In this document: positions 1-10,079 of the stretch, piece by piece | Layout of the letters: the number at the start of each line of letters is the position of its first letter | Numbering within the stretch: the stretch's first letter is position 1 | Assembly: GCA_948466345.1 (NCBI GenBank) | Contig: CAOKAC010000006.1 | Location: 36,200 to 100,199, forward strand | Source of the DNA: an uncultured Clostridia bacterium | GTDB taxonomy: Bacteria > Bacillota > Clostridia > Oscillospirales > CAG-272 | Length of the DNA stretch: 64,000 nucleotides | Direction of reading: 5' to 3' | Made by a program: the position numbers and the translations under genes | The notes under the pieces: model-generated | Database searches by the model: none | The model's input: the letters and a program-made list of their open reading frames with translations, nothing else | What the model was told of the DNA's origin: nothing

Positions 1-384
1 ATTATATGCACCATTGATTTTATGATAGGAGTAGTCTTCCAACTCCACATAGGTGTCGCGAGGGATTTGCAACATAGAAATGCTCTGCTTTTCTATGTCA
101 TAACTAATTAGAATGATCACATCTGTCAGGCTAGCAGCCCGGTCATGACCCAACACTAAAAAATTATAATGTGTGTCTTTTGCTTCATCATTAGGAGGTG
201 TATCAACCTCTTTTTCCGAAGGATCTCTGGCAGATGTGTCAAAAGGAATCACATTGTCATTTCGCTCCGGTTTATACAAAAAAAATACAGCAGCGGCATA
301 AGCGCCTACGCAGCAAGCCGCAGCAAGCATAAAAGCCCCAAAACGGGGTAAAAATTTTCGAATAAACTTTTTTAATGTACGCAC
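1..384 (-). CDS. LCP (LytR/CpsA/Psr) family cell-envelope transferase, N-terminal 128 codons; the 3' end runs off the window
   Basis: Not in the ORF track because it is truncated. My own minus-strand translation gives a GTG at 384, 7 nt after GGAG. A TM helix FGAFMLAAACCVGAYAAAVFF is followed by NFLVLGHDRAASLTDVIILISYD...SMLQIPRDTYV, the LCP core signature. Confidence 0.75.
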   Translation of the reverse strand, partial: MRTLKKFIRKFLPRFGAFMLAAACCVGAYAAAVFFLYKPERNDNVIPFDTSARDPSEKEVDTPPNDEAKDTHYNFLVLGHDRAASLTDVIILISYDIEKQSISMLQIPRDTYVELEDYSYHKINGAYN

Positions 385-409
385 TTTTTCGCTCCGTTCG
401 TACTAAAAA

Positions 410-1057
410 TCATAACGCAGGAGATAAAAACCAGTTGCGTGCCTCTATGGTGTCCCGATCTACCAATGCTCCTTCTGCCAAAAGCTGGCGAATGGTCATA
501 TCAAACGACAGCACCATCGTCTGCCGCAAAATTTCCATACGGCTGTCCGTATCCACTACCTGCAAAATCTTCTCCCAGAAAAAGCGACGCAGGATCACGC
601 AGTCGTCAAAGGTACGGGTAGGTTCAATATAATCGGCTAAATATACGATAGACTCAAACAAAGACATCCCTGCTCTGCCTGTAGTATGCCACCGGATTCC
701 AGATAGTACACGTCTGTCAGCAAACAGAGGAAAGTCCCGGCTCGCCAAGGCTGCCGCCGTTTTGGCATGGAGCAACTTAGGCGCTTTTATTTCGTCATTG
801 GAAATTATTATATCAAAATTTTGACATAATTGCAACTGTTTTTCCAAATTGAGCCTTTTCGTAATATCATGAAGAAGTGCTGCGGCTCGCAAAAAATTTT
901 CTTCTGCAGGTAAAAACAATGCCGCCAACTGCCCCGCTTCTTTTTCTACGGCAAGCGTGTGGGCATATCGTTTTTCAGTTAAGTATTCTCGAACTTGCAC
1001 TCGCAGAGCGTCCAGCATTGTAGCAGTTATTTCTCTATTCATATTTATATAATCCAT
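410..1057 (-). CDS. yqeK: HD-domain bis(5'-nucleosyl)-tetraphosphatase, YqeK family
   Basis: 215-aa ORF with the HD motif LLHDITK and RWHTTG. It sits immediately downstream of nadD, as in Firmicutes. The start may instead be the Met at 1042. Confidence 0.8.
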   Translation of the reverse strand: MDYINMNREITATMLDALRVQVREYLTEKRYAHTLAVEKEAGQLAALFLPAEENFLRAAALLHDITKRLNLEKQLQLCQNFDIIISNDEIKAPKLLHAKTAAALASRDFPLFADRRVLSGIRWHTTGRAGMSLFESIVYLADYIEPTRTFDDCVILRRFFWEKILQVVDTDSRMEILRQTMVLSFDMTIRQLLAEGALVDRDTIEARNWFLSPAL

Positions 1058-1634
1058 GTTTCATAATATACGCGGCAACCGCCTCCGGCACTAAATGGGA
1101 TATATCCTGTCCAGATACACACATTCCCCGAATTTGTGTAGAAGAAATAGGAAGCGGCTGGTCTGACAAATACAGACTCTTTCCACCGTAACGCGTTTCA
1201 TATACAGTGCCAGCCGTTTTCATTTTCTCCTTAGCCCCAGTCGATCTGCTCACACAAACCACCGTTGCCATCGAAAAAATCAATCCGGGATTTTTCCATG
1301 TATCAAAAGAAAGATACATATCCTCGCCTACCAGTAAATACAGCGTGTCTTCCGGATGCTTGTGCTGCAAATACTCCAATGTCTTATAGGTATAGGATTT
1401 CCCGCTTTGCTGTACCTCATAATCCGATACAGCGGCAAAGGATCCAAAAGCAAGTTGGGCCATTTCCAGCCGCGCCTGCTCCGTCCCCCACGGATCTGTT
1501 GCTTTGTGCGGAGGCGTACCGGCCGGCATAACATATAAGAGGTCCAGCCCGACCTTTTCTATAAACAGCTTTGCGAAACGAACATGTCCATTATGGGGTG
1601 GGGAAAACGTACCGCCAAACAAACCAATTTTCAT
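1035..1634 (-). CDS. nadD: nicotinate-nucleotide adenylyltransferase
   Basis: MKIGLFGGTFSPPHNGH (HxGH nucleotidyltransferase motif) and ISSTQIR near the C-terminus. Start trimmed to the MKIG Met. Confidence 0.9.
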   Translation of the reverse strand: MKIGLFGGTFSPPHNGHVRFAKLFIEKVGLDLLYVMPAGTPPHKATDPWGTEQARLEMAQLAFGSFAAVSDYEVQQSGKSYTYKTLEYLQHKHPEDTLYLLVGEDMYLSFDTWKNPGLIFSMATVVCVSRSTGAKEKMKTAGTVYETRYGGKSLYLSDQPLPISSTQIRGMCVSGQDISHLVPEAVAAYIMKHGLYKYE

Positions 1635-1720
1635 TTTGCTCTCCATTCCGCCGCACAATAGCGTGGGCAGTATTGGAATATATTGTCACCTTACACGAAC
1701 AGGATACATGAAAAATATAA

Positions 1721-2008
1721 TCAAAGTATGATCATTTTGTTATTTTCTGATGGACGGTACAGCACGAATCGGCTTCCAATCACAGAAACTACATCCGCGT
1801 TGGTTGCCTCTGCAAGAGCGTCTGCCGCTTCTCTAGCGCTGTAAGCTGCATTATCTAAAACCCGGAGTTTAATCAGTTCCCTAGCCTCCAGTGCATCGGA
1901 CACCCCTTTCACGAGGCTAGCCTCAATGCCGCCCTTACCTACTTGAAAAATCGTATCCAGAGAATTGGCCATGGCGCGCAGACGTGCGCGTTGTTTACTT
2001 GTCAGCAT
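1721..2008 (-). CDS. yhbY: YhbY/CRS1 family RNA-binding protein (ribosome assembly)
   Basis: MLTSKQRARLRAMANSLDTIFQVGKGGI...IKLRVL is the typical CRM domain. The position upstream of nadD is conserved. Confidence 0.8.
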   Translation of the reverse strand: MLTSKQRARLRAMANSLDTIFQVGKGGIEASLVKGVSDALEARELIKLRVLDNAAYSAREAADALAEATNADVVSVIGSRFVLYRPSENNKMIIL

Positions 2009-2693
2009 GTTCGTTCTCCCATTCTTGTATAATTTGCAGCATGGACGCAAAAACATCTATAGCCACCCCTCTGTGACTGATAGTATTTTTCTCTGCCGGC
2101 GTAAGCTGCGCAAATGTTTTTTTATATTTTTCAATATAAAAAAGAGGATCATATCCAAAGCCGCTATCTCCCTGTGGGGCAGACAACACTTTGCCTCTGC
2201 ATCTGCCTTCCACCGTAAAAGCCGCAAGATTTTTTCCTGCCTTTTCCGACGCAAAGGCATTGCAGAAAACGGCACCTGCCGCCGCCAGTTTTTCCTGCAG
2301 ACACTGTGGCATCTTCTCTGCCGGACAAACATACGCCATTACGCTGACAAAATCTCCATCACGCCGTGAATAGGGGGTATCTGCAAGCTCCTGCAAAAGT
2401 TTTACATTGTTATCCGCATCTGTAGCATTTACTCCGGCAAACCGCGCGGAATAGATTCCTGGTGCGCCGTCCAGATCGTCTACGCAAAGACCTGAATCAT
2501 CTGCAACGCCTTCATATCCCATACATGCCGGCACAGACGCTTTAATTACCGCATTCTCAGCAAAGCTGTTTCCGTCTTCTACTATTTCTTGCGTATATCC
2601 GATATCATCCAGAGACAAAAGAACTGTTCCATCGAGTAGTGCCTCCACCTCGGCGATTTTCTTTCTATTTCTGGAAGCCAAAACCAGTTTCAT
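1995..2693 (-). CDS. rdgB: XTP/dITP diphosphatase (RdgB/HAM1 family)
   Basis: MKLVLASRNRKKIAE..., DDSGL.VDDLDGAPGIYSARF, GFGYDPLF and ISHRG motifs. It carries an internal insertion of about 30 aa relative to the length I expect. Confidence 0.85.
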   Translation of the reverse strand: MKLVLASRNRKKIAEVEALLDGTVLLSLDDIGYTQEIVEDGNSFAENAVIKASVPACMGYEGVADDSGLCVDDLDGAPGIYSARFAGVNATDADNNVKLLQELADTPYSRRDGDFVSVMAYVCPAEKMPQCLQEKLAAAGAVFCNAFASEKAGKNLAAFTVEGRCRGKVLSAPQGDSGFGYDPLFYIEKYKKTFAQLTPAEKNTISHRGVAIDVFASMLQIIQEWENEHADK

Positions 2694-2733
2694 ATTCTGA
2701 CCCTATCTTTCTTTATGCTGCGAATTTCTGTTC

Positions 2734-3642
2734 TCATTCTTCAAACAGCGCGGATACAAACATATCTCCGTCAAATGGTTGCATATCCTCGACCTGCTCG
2801 CCCACTCCGATATATTTAATCGGTATATCCAGCATTTTTTTGATGCTGAACACCGCTCCGCCTTTGGCGGTTCCGTCTAATTTCGTAAGCACAAGACCAG
2901 TAATCGCTGCAGATTCCTTAAATTCTCTCGCCTGAATCACCGCATTTTGCCCAGTAGTAGCATCTAAAATAAGCAATGTTTCTCTGGATGCTCCCGGTAG
3001 TTCCCGATTGATTACTCGATCAATTTTTGCCAGTTCCATCATAAGATTTTTTTTGTTGTGCAGCCGGCCTGCTGTATCCACAATCAGTACATCTGCGCCT
3101 CTCTTTTTTGCAGCAGCCGCTGCATCAAAAACCACAGCAGCAGGGTCACTTCCTTCGTTTTGCCGAATCAGCTCTGCGCCAGCACGATCCGCCCATACCT
3201 GCAGCTGATCAATAGCCGCCGCTCGAAAAGTATCCGCGGCCGCAACTACCACTTTTTTTCCTTGGGAAACCAAATTGGCCGCAATCTTACCGATGGAAGT
3301 CGTTTTGCCTACGCCATTGACTCCAATTACCAGAATGACGGAAGGGGTCGTGTCCAAATGGAGCGACTCTCCTTCACCAATTTTTTCACGCAATATTTTT
3401 TGCAGCGCCTCTTTTACATCGGAAGGCTCCTTCAGGCGCTCCTCTTTAATCTGCTGTCGCAGAATATCGATGATTTCCTCGGCTGTTTCAAAGCCCATAT
3501 CGGAGCAAATGAGAAGTTCCTCCAGTTCCTCCAACAATTCTTCATCAACTTTAACAAAAGATCGCAGCACATTGTCCACCTGGCCAAATACAGCGCTTTT
3601 GGTTTTGGATAATCCATTTTTTAATTTTTCAAAAAATCCCAT
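2734..3642 (-). CDS. ftsY: signal recognition particle receptor FtsY
   Basis: MGFFEKLKNGL start preceded by GGAGA. GVNGVGKTTSIGK P-loop, DTAGRL and TKLDGTAKGG SRP-GTPase motifs. Confidence 0.9.
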   Translation of the reverse strand: MGFFEKLKNGLSKTKSAVFGQVDNVLRSFVKVDEELLEELEELLICSDMGFETAEEIIDILRQQIKEERLKEPSDVKEALQKILREKIGEGESLHLDTTPSVILVIGVNGVGKTTSIGKIAANLVSQGKKVVVAAADTFRAAAIDQLQVWADRAGAELIRQNEGSDPAAVVFDAAAAAKKRGADVLIVDTAGRLHNKKNLMMELAKIDRVINRELPGASRETLLILDATTGQNAVIQAREFKESAAITGLVLTKLDGTAKGGAVFSIKKMLDIPIKYIGVGEQVEDMQPFDGDMFVSALFEE

Positions 3643-3670
3643 AGTTGTCTCCATTCATACGGTATGTATA

Positions 3671-6600
3671 TTACTGGGTAAACTGCTCCGCTACCGACTT
3701 GTCCCTGGCTACGGCTGCCACATCCAACGTAAATACTTTGGACACACCACGCCTTGGCATCGTCACGCCATACAGGGTATCGGCAGTTTCCATCATCCCC
3801 CGTCGGTGGGAAATCAAGATGATTTGCAGTTCCTTAGAAAATCGCTTTACATAATTGGCAACTCTGGTGACGTTGACCTCATCCAGTGCAGCCTCAATTT
3901 CGTCAAAAATACAGAACGGTGACGGGTTGACGCGAATCATAGCAAAAATCAATGCTATAGCCACAAACGCCTGCTCTCCACCCGACAGTAAATTCAGATT
4001 TTTTACCATTTTCCCAGGAGGAGCAGCATTGATTTCCACGCCGGACTCTAACACATGCTCCGGATCAGTAAGCACCAAATGCGCGCTGCCGCCGCCGAAC
4101 AATTCGCGGAATGTTTCACCAAAATACTGATTGATTTGATTAAACGCCGCAATAAACATCCGTTCCATTTCTGAATCTATAGACTCTATGATCTTTTCCA
4201 GTTCCTCTTTAGAAGTTCGCAGATCAGCCAACTGTTCTCCAAGATAATCATATCGCTCTTTCAGTGCACTATATTCATCAATTGCTCCAACATTTACATT
4301 GCCTAGCCCTTTGATGGTATTTTTCATCTCGGTAAGCCTTGCTGCCACTCTCCCGCGCGACTGCTCTGTTACAACGGGAATATCCATAGCCGCCGCTGTA
4401 CTATGGGTTAGCTCATATTCATCCCACAAGCGCGCCGTCATCTTATCTACGTTATCGTTCAGCCGATCCAGCTTCGTTTCATTGGCAGTATGTGCACGAA
4501 ACAACAGCTCGCGCTTCGCGGCTATATCTTTCGTTTTCAAACGTATCTCATTGAGCCGGCGATCATACTCTGCATTGCCGGATTCCAGTCGTACCCGTTC
4601 CTGTTCGGCTGCGGATAAGGCTTCCCGCAGGTCCATCGCCTCCTGCTTTTTGCTTTCGGTCAGTTTTTGCGCCTGTAATGCCGCATCTCGCAGGGACGTC
4701 GCTGTGTTTTTATACGTATCACTCGCGTTATGGTGCTCGCCTGCACGCATTACCGATGCATCTATGGATTCCTGCAGGTTTTGGGCATCTCGCATATGTT
4801 CTGCAATAGAAATCTGCACTGCTCCTCGTTTTTCATCCGTCTCCCGAATGGAATCGTCTAAACCATTGCGTTCAATATCTAACTGGGTACGTTTGGAGGA
4901 AATCCCTCTGATCTCTGCCTCCAATTTCTGCATTTGTCCTTCCAGACGCTGCATATCTGCACCGCCTTGCTCACCAATCAGGGCAATCTGCTTCTGATCC
5001 TCTGCAAGTTGACCCAGCAAATTATCAATGACACTGCGGTTTGCTTCATATTCATCCAGCTGACTCCGCTCTGTACGCAGCATTACTTCGGACAGCTTTG
5101 CCTTTTCATCCTCTTTACGGCGATAATTTTGCAGTTCTGTAATTTTTCCTTCCAACGTCTGCAAAAGACTCTGGGCTGCAGTAGCGTCTTCGTCAGACCG
5201 CGCTTTCTGTTCCTGCAGCTTTTCAATATGCGCACCTCGGCTAAGCATACCGGAATCTTTACGTACAGATCCGCCTGTAAGAGAGCCGCCCATATTGATC
5301 TGCTGTCCGTCTAGCGTTACAATTCGAATTTTCCATCCACACCGGCGAGCTACATCCGTTCCGTTTTCGATATTGTCAAAAACAGCAATTCGTCCGATAA
5401 TGCTGGCAATTACAGCTTTATACTGCCCCTTGGTTTCTAAAAGCTCATCTGCAAAGCCTATAAATCCTTTTTGGCCTGCAGCGTCCAGCAGTTCCCGATT
5501 TCTCGTGCCGCTTTGCATGGATGTAAGGGGATAAAAAGTCGCGCGGCCTGCTCCAGCATTTTTTAAAGCATATATTGCACTTTTAGCAGACACCTCGTCG
5601 TCCACAACAATATTTTGCATATTGGCGCCAAGTGCTGTTTCCAATGCCACCCTGTACGCGTCCTGTACTCGAATCAAATGGGAGATTGGCCCGTGAATAC
5701 CTTTCAGCTTTCCATCGGCATGTGCCTTCATGACAAAGCGAACACTGTTATTATATCCGTCAAAATGTTCCTGCATCCGCACTAGGGCAGCAATCCTGCT
5801 TGACAGCGCTTGGGCCTCAGCCTGCCGCTCCGCTAAATCTCTTCTGGCGATTTCCGCTTTATCGGACAAAGCAAGCAGTTCTCTGTCACAACGTGCAACC
5901 TCCTCGTCGGATTTTCTGAGCGCCGATTCATACAACTCTACAGAGGCACGGCAATCAGCCAGCCCCTTTTCGATTTCCGAAAGTTTTTCTTGATATCGCC
6001 GAGTTTCTTCTCCGATTTGCGCTTGGCGATCACTTTGTGTATGGATGCTGTTTTCCAGTACACTAAACCGCACACGCAGTTCGCCAAGCACGCGTTCTTT
6101 TTCCTGTATGTCCTGAAGTGCAGCGGTCAAAGAAGTTTCCAGCGCCGCCTTCTTCTCCATACAAGTTTTCTTTTTTGCATCCAAGCCGCAGACTTCTTCC
6201 TGCAGCTTATCCATTTCCTGGCCATTTTTCAGCAGTCGTTCCTGTAATTCCTCGGCATAGGTCTCTTCACGGGCGGCAGCATCCAACGATTTCTGTTGAG
6301 ATGCATCCGCATCCTGCGCCATAGCAGACTTGTGGGCAATATCAGATTCCAGCGTCTGATAGCTTTGCTCTAACTGGTGGATTTCTTCAGTAATCCCCTT
6401 AATTTTCTCATATAGTTGGCCGGACACCTGTTTGTTCTCCTGAGAGGCATCGAACATACGTTCATATTGGGTCTCCAATTGAGCCTCAGTATCCTGTGCC
6501 ATTTCCAGTTCATGAGCAGACTGCCGACACTGAATACCAAGAGCATCTGCCTCTCCCCGCAATTTCTCCATATCATACAGCCATAAAGATACATCCAGCT

Positions 6601-7276
6601 GTTTTTTTTCTTCATACAGTTCCAAATATTTGCGTGCTTTTTGGGCGTCCCGCTCCAAAGGGCCCACTCTAGCCTCCAGTTCAGAGAAAATATCCAGTAC
6701 ACGAGTCATATTGTCCTCTGTCTGAGAGAGTTTTTTCTGCGACTCAGTTTTTTTATATCGGTATTTAGAAATCCCGGCCGACTCTTCAAAAATACCTCGT
6801 CTATCCTCACTTCTCTTAGAAATGATCTCTGCAATCTTTCCCTGTCCGATAATAGAATAGCCTTCTCTGCCGATGCCGGTATTCATGAAAAGCTCGTATA
6901 TGTCCTTCAGGCGGCATGCCTGTCTATTAATAAGATATTCACTTTCTCCGCCTCGATAGTACCGCCTGGTCACCGTTACCTCCTCGTGAGGGCAATTCAG
7001 CTTGCGGGGCGCTTGAGAATCATCAAAGGTAACGGAAACCTCCGCAAAGCTCATAGGACGGTGGCCGTCCGCACCTACAAAAATTACATCTTCCATTTTG
7101 CTGCCGCGGATATTTTTAGTAGAAAGCTCTCCAAGCACCCAGCGCATCGCGTCTGTAATATTGGATTTGCCGCTTCCATTGGGTCCCACAATAACTGTAG
7201 CGCCCGGATTGAAGTGCAAAACTGTTTTTTCAGGAAAAGACTTAAATCCGTGAAGTTCCAGGGTTTTCAGATACAC
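3671..7276 (-). CDS. smc: chromosome segregation protein SMC
   Basis: 1201 aa with N-terminal GPNGSGKSN, long coiled coils, a hinge, and C-terminal LSGGE...DEIEAALD. GTG start with AAAGAGGTGG upstream. Confidence 0.95.
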   Translation of the reverse strand: MYLKTLELHGFKSFPEKTVLHFNPGATVIVGPNGSGKSNITDAMRWVLGELSTKNIRGSKMEDVIFVGADGHRPMSFAEVSVTFDDSQAPRKLNCPHEEVTVTRRYYRGGESEYLINRQACRLKDIYELFMNTGIGREGYSIIGQGKIAEIISKRSEDRRGIFEESAGISKYRYKKTESQKKLSQTEDNMTRVLDIFSELEARVGPLERDAQKARKYLELYEEKKQLDVSLWLYDMEKLRGEADALGIQCRQSAHELEMAQDTEAQLETQYERMFDASQENKQVSGQLYEKIKGITEEIHQLEQSYQTLESDIAHKSAMAQDADASQQKSLDAAAREETYAEELQERLLKNGQEMDKLQEEVCGLDAKKKTCMEKKAALETSLTAALQDIQEKERVLGELRVRFSVLENSIHTQSDRQAQIGEETRRYQEKLSEIEKGLADCRASVELYESALRKSDEEVARCDRELLALSDKAEIARRDLAERQAEAQALSSRIAALVRMQEHFDGYNNSVRFVMKAHADGKLKGIHGPISHLIRVQDAYRVALETALGANMQNIVVDDEVSAKSAIYALKNAGAGRATFYPLTSMQSGTRNRELLDAAGQKGFIGFADELLETKGQYKAVIASIIGRIAVFDNIENGTDVARRCGWKIRIVTLDGQQINMGGSLTGGSVRKDSGMLSRGAHIEKLQEQKARSDEDATAAQSLLQTLEGKITELQNYRRKEDEKAKLSEVMLRTERSQLDEYEANRSVIDNLLGQLAEDQKQIALIGEQGGADMQRLEGQMQKLEAEIRGISSKRTQLDIERNGLDDSIRETDEKRGAVQISIAEHMRDAQNLQESIDASVMRAGEHHNASDTYKNTATSLRDAALQAQKLTESKKQEAMDLREALSAAEQERVRLESGNAEYDRRLNEIRLKTKDIAAKRELLFRAHTANETKLDRLNDNVDKMTARLWDEYELTHSTAAAMDIPVVTEQSRGRVAARLTEMKNTIKGLGNVNVGAIDEYSALKERYDYLGEQLADLRTSKEELEKIIESIDSEMERMFIAAFNQINQYFGETFRELFGGGSAHLVLTDPEHVLESGVEINAAPPGKMVKNLNLLSGGEQAFVAIALIFAMIRVNPSPFCIFDEIEAALDEVNVTRVANYVKRFSKELQIILISHRRGMMETADTLYGVTMPRRGVSKVFTLDVAAVARDKSVAEQFTQ

Positions 7277-7299
7277 AGCGCCACCTCTTTTTACATACT

Positions 7300-8319
7300 T
7301 TATAAAATATCAACAGTAATATTATAGCCATGCAAGCAAGGATTTTCAAGAATTTTCACAGATTTCGCCCTGCTTTTTTCCAAAATACGACGTTTATTTT
7401 CTTTATTCTGCCCCACGGCCATGGAAACGTGTCCCTTTGCAACGCCGATACGGATCGTTCTTTTCAAAAGCGGCAAATCAAAATTCTGTAAAGCAGCTTC
7501 TATTTTATGCAGATATACCCTGCTACGCACCATCTCACCTAAAGCAGGATGATGCGGCCCGGCAAAATATGTATCTGGACTGTGAAGTCTCACCCCATCG
7601 TGCAAGCCGATTTTCAGACACGGTATTTCATAAGTGTCGAATACCTCCAACACGGCAGCGCTGCGTTCTACCGCCTCCTCCACAGACATAGGCGTATAAG
7701 TTCCAGTCTCCACCATATGGGTTAGCGGCGTCTTTTGAAACACAATACACGGATAAATCCGTGCGCCGCAGGCGCCCATTTCGCAAATTTGCTGGGCTGT
7801 TTTCGTTTCTTTCGCTATATTAGCCGCCGGCAGACCTGTCATCATTTGCCCCACGAAAGGAATACCCGCCTTGCGCAAAAGCATACATGCCGCCGCTGTA
7901 TCTTGAGCGGTATGCCCCCGCCGGCTGGCGGCAAGTACCGCATCATCCATACTTTGGATACCAAGCTCCACTGCACAAATCGGGTATTGCAGAAGAATCT
8001 CCACAATTTCCGGGGAAATATAGTCTGGTCTGGTTGACAGGCGAATTCCCTGTACTGCCCCTCGTTCAGTATATTCACGTGCAAGTTCTAGTAATCGAAG
8101 CATTTGGTCTCTGTCTATTCCTGTAAAAGAACCTCCAAAATAGGCAATTTCGCATTCTCTGTTGCCTATTGTCTCCAGTGCGGCATCAATATCCTGACGC
8201 ACTGATTCTTCACAAAAAGAATGGGCGCCCGTAATCGTGTGCTGGTCACAAAAGACGCACTGATTGGGACAGCCCATATGCTGTATAAATATCGGAATAT
8301 TGCTATGCTTTCTCATCAT
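7300..8319 (-). CDS. radical SAM protein (ELP3/COG1243-like N-terminal domain, no GNAT domain)
   Basis: IFIQHMGCPNQCVFCDQ contains a CxxxCxxC cluster motif. It sits between rnc and smc, as commonly seen in Clostridia. Confidence 0.7.
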   Translation of the reverse strand: MMRKHSNIPIFIQHMGCPNQCVFCDQHTITGAHSFCEESVRQDIDAALETIGNRECEIAYFGGSFTGIDRDQMLRLLELAREYTERGAVQGIRLSTRPDYISPEIVEILLQYPICAVELGIQSMDDAVLAASRRGHTAQDTAAACMLLRKAGIPFVGQMMTGLPAANIAKETKTAQQICEMGACGARIYPCIVFQKTPLTHMVETGTYTPMSVEEAVERSAAVLEVFDTYEIPCLKIGLHDGVRLHSPDTYFAGPHHPALGEMVRSRVYLHKIEAALQNFDLPLLKRTIRIGVAKGHVSMAVGQNKENKRRILEKSRAKSVKILENPCLHGYNITVDIL

Positions 8320-8322
8320 AAA

Positions 8323-9057
8323 TCACTTTTGCTCCGAGCCACCAAAAAGTGCCATGGCTTCCTTAGCAGCGTTCTGCTCTGCCGCACGTTTGGTATTGCC
8401 CACTCCATGTCCGATCACATTGGAATTGAGACGCGCCTCCACCTGAAAACTTTTGTCATGATCCGGACCGCTTTCGCCGACCAAAACATATCGCAGTTTT
8501 TCTCCGCTTGCCTGCTGTACTATCTGCTGCAGAGCTGTTTTATAATCTACAAAGGAAGCGTCCTCACCAGTATAAGCAATTTCTTCCTGTACAAAAGGAA
8601 GCAAAAATTTTGCAATTTTATCACAGTTATATCCAGAATCCAGGTAAAAAGCGCCGAGCATCGCTTCAAAAGCGTCTGCTGTAATGGACGGACGATGTCG
8701 GCCATCATTTTTATCCTCGCCGTGACCCAAAAGCAAATATTCCCCTAGAGAAATTTTGGCCGCATATTTGGCAAGAGCTTTTTCACAAACCACAGCAGCG
8801 CGGATTTTTGTTAGATCCCCTTCCTGACGAGACGCAAATTCTGAAAACAAATATCTGCTTACAATGACAGATAAAACAGAATCGCCCAAAAATTCCAAGC
8901 GCTCATTGCAGTGACTGTCTATACCTTTAGAACGCAGCTCGTTTGTATAAGAAGAATGGGTCAGCGCTGTCTGCAGTAAACTCCGATCCCGAAAATAATA
9001 TCCGATAGTTTTTTCTAAAAGTCTTGGATCTCTTGGCAATTTTGTATTTTCAGACAT
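8323..9057 (-). CDS. rnc: ribonuclease III
   Basis: NERLEFLGDSVL signature and a C-terminal dsRBD (GSGPDHDK.F...G.G.TKR.AEQ.AAK). Start at MSENTK follows GGAGA. Confidence 0.9.
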   Translation of the reverse strand: MSENTKLPRDPRLLEKTIGYYFRDRSLLQTALTHSSYTNELRSKGIDSHCNERLEFLGDSVLSVIVSRYLFSEFASRQEGDLTKIRAAVVCEKALAKYAAKISLGEYLLLGHGEDKNDGRHRPSITADAFEAMLGAFYLDSGYNCDKIAKFLLPFVQEEIAYTGEDASFVDYKTALQQIVQQASGEKLRYVLVGESGPDHDKSFQVEARLNSNVIGHGVGNTKRAAEQNAAKEAMALFGGSEQK

Positions 9058-9074
9058 ATAAATCTCCATTATGT

Positions 9075-10079
9075 TTATTGTTCTGTTTCAGTATGGATAA
9101 AGGCCAGTTCTGCCATAGCTTTTGCAGCACCGCCTTCTACGTATCGCACTGCCTGTCGTACTGCGCTTGCAATCGTAGATGCATCCGCGTTGCCATGCGC
9201 TTTAAATACCGGCTTTGCAAGGCCGATAATCGGAGCTGCACCATATGCAGAGGCATCAAAAGTATCCCGAATCTGCCGAAGGCCTTTTTTTACGACAAGC
9301 GCAGCCAGCTTTGTCGCAGTATTTTTATAAAACATATCTTTCATCAAATCAAAGAACATGGATCCCATGCCTTCTGTGTATTTTAAAAGGATATTTCCGG
9401 TAAATCCATCAGTCAGCAAAATATCACATTTTCCAAAAGGTACGTCTCTAGCTTCCACGTTGCCTACAAAATGGATGCCGGACAGCTGCTTTAAAATCCC
9501 ATAAGCCGCTGTCACCGCAGGCGTTCCCTTTGATTCCTCAGCGCCGATATTCAAAAGCCCCACCCTAGGGTCTTCTACTCCAAGAATGCGGGAAGCATAG
9601 ACACTTCCTGTCAACGCCCATTGGGCCAGATACTCCGGCTGAATTGCAGCGTTGGCACCACTGTCCAGCAAAAGAACCGGCGTTTCAAAGGGCAGAACCG
9701 TGCCGATGCAAGCTCTGTGTACCCCCGGCAGACAACGAACGATCAGGGAGGCGCCGGTATGAAGCGCGCCGGTATTTCCAGCAGAAATGAAGGCGTCTCC
9801 ATCCTCTCGCAAAAGCCGCAGTCCCCTCCCCATAGAGGAATCCTTTTTTGCTTTTAAAATAGACATCGGATCGTCTTCCATTGTGATCACCTGTGTCGTA
9901 TGAACGATCTGCAGTCCATCTATCACAGTACCGGCTTCTTTTACCGCACTGCGGATTTTCCCCTCATCTCCGACCAGCACCAGATTTGCTTGGGGATACT
10001 GCCCTGCCGCAAGGGCTGCGCCCTTCACCACCTCTAAAGGGGCAAAATCGCCTCCCATAGCATCCAATATAATTTTCAT
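9075..10079 (-). CDS. plsX: phosphate acyltransferase PlsX
   Basis: MKIILDAMGGDFAP..., GNVEARD, and FKAHGNA near the C-terminus. Confidence 0.9.
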   Translation of the reverse strand: MKIILDAMGGDFAPLEVVKGAALAAGQYPQANLVLVGDEGKIRSAVKEAGTVIDGLQIVHTTQVITMEDDPMSILKAKKDSSMGRGLRLLREDGDAFISAGNTGALHTGASLIVRCLPGVHRACIGTVLPFETPVLLLDSGANAAIQPEYLAQWALTGSVYASRILGVEDPRVGLLNIGAEESKGTPAVTAAYGILKQLSGIHFVGNVEARDVPFGKCDILLTDGFTGNILLKYTEGMGSMFFDLMKDMFYKNTATKLAALVVKKGLRQIRDTFDASAYGAAPIIGLAKPVFKAHGNADASTIASAVRQAVRYVEGGAAKAMAELAFIHTETEQ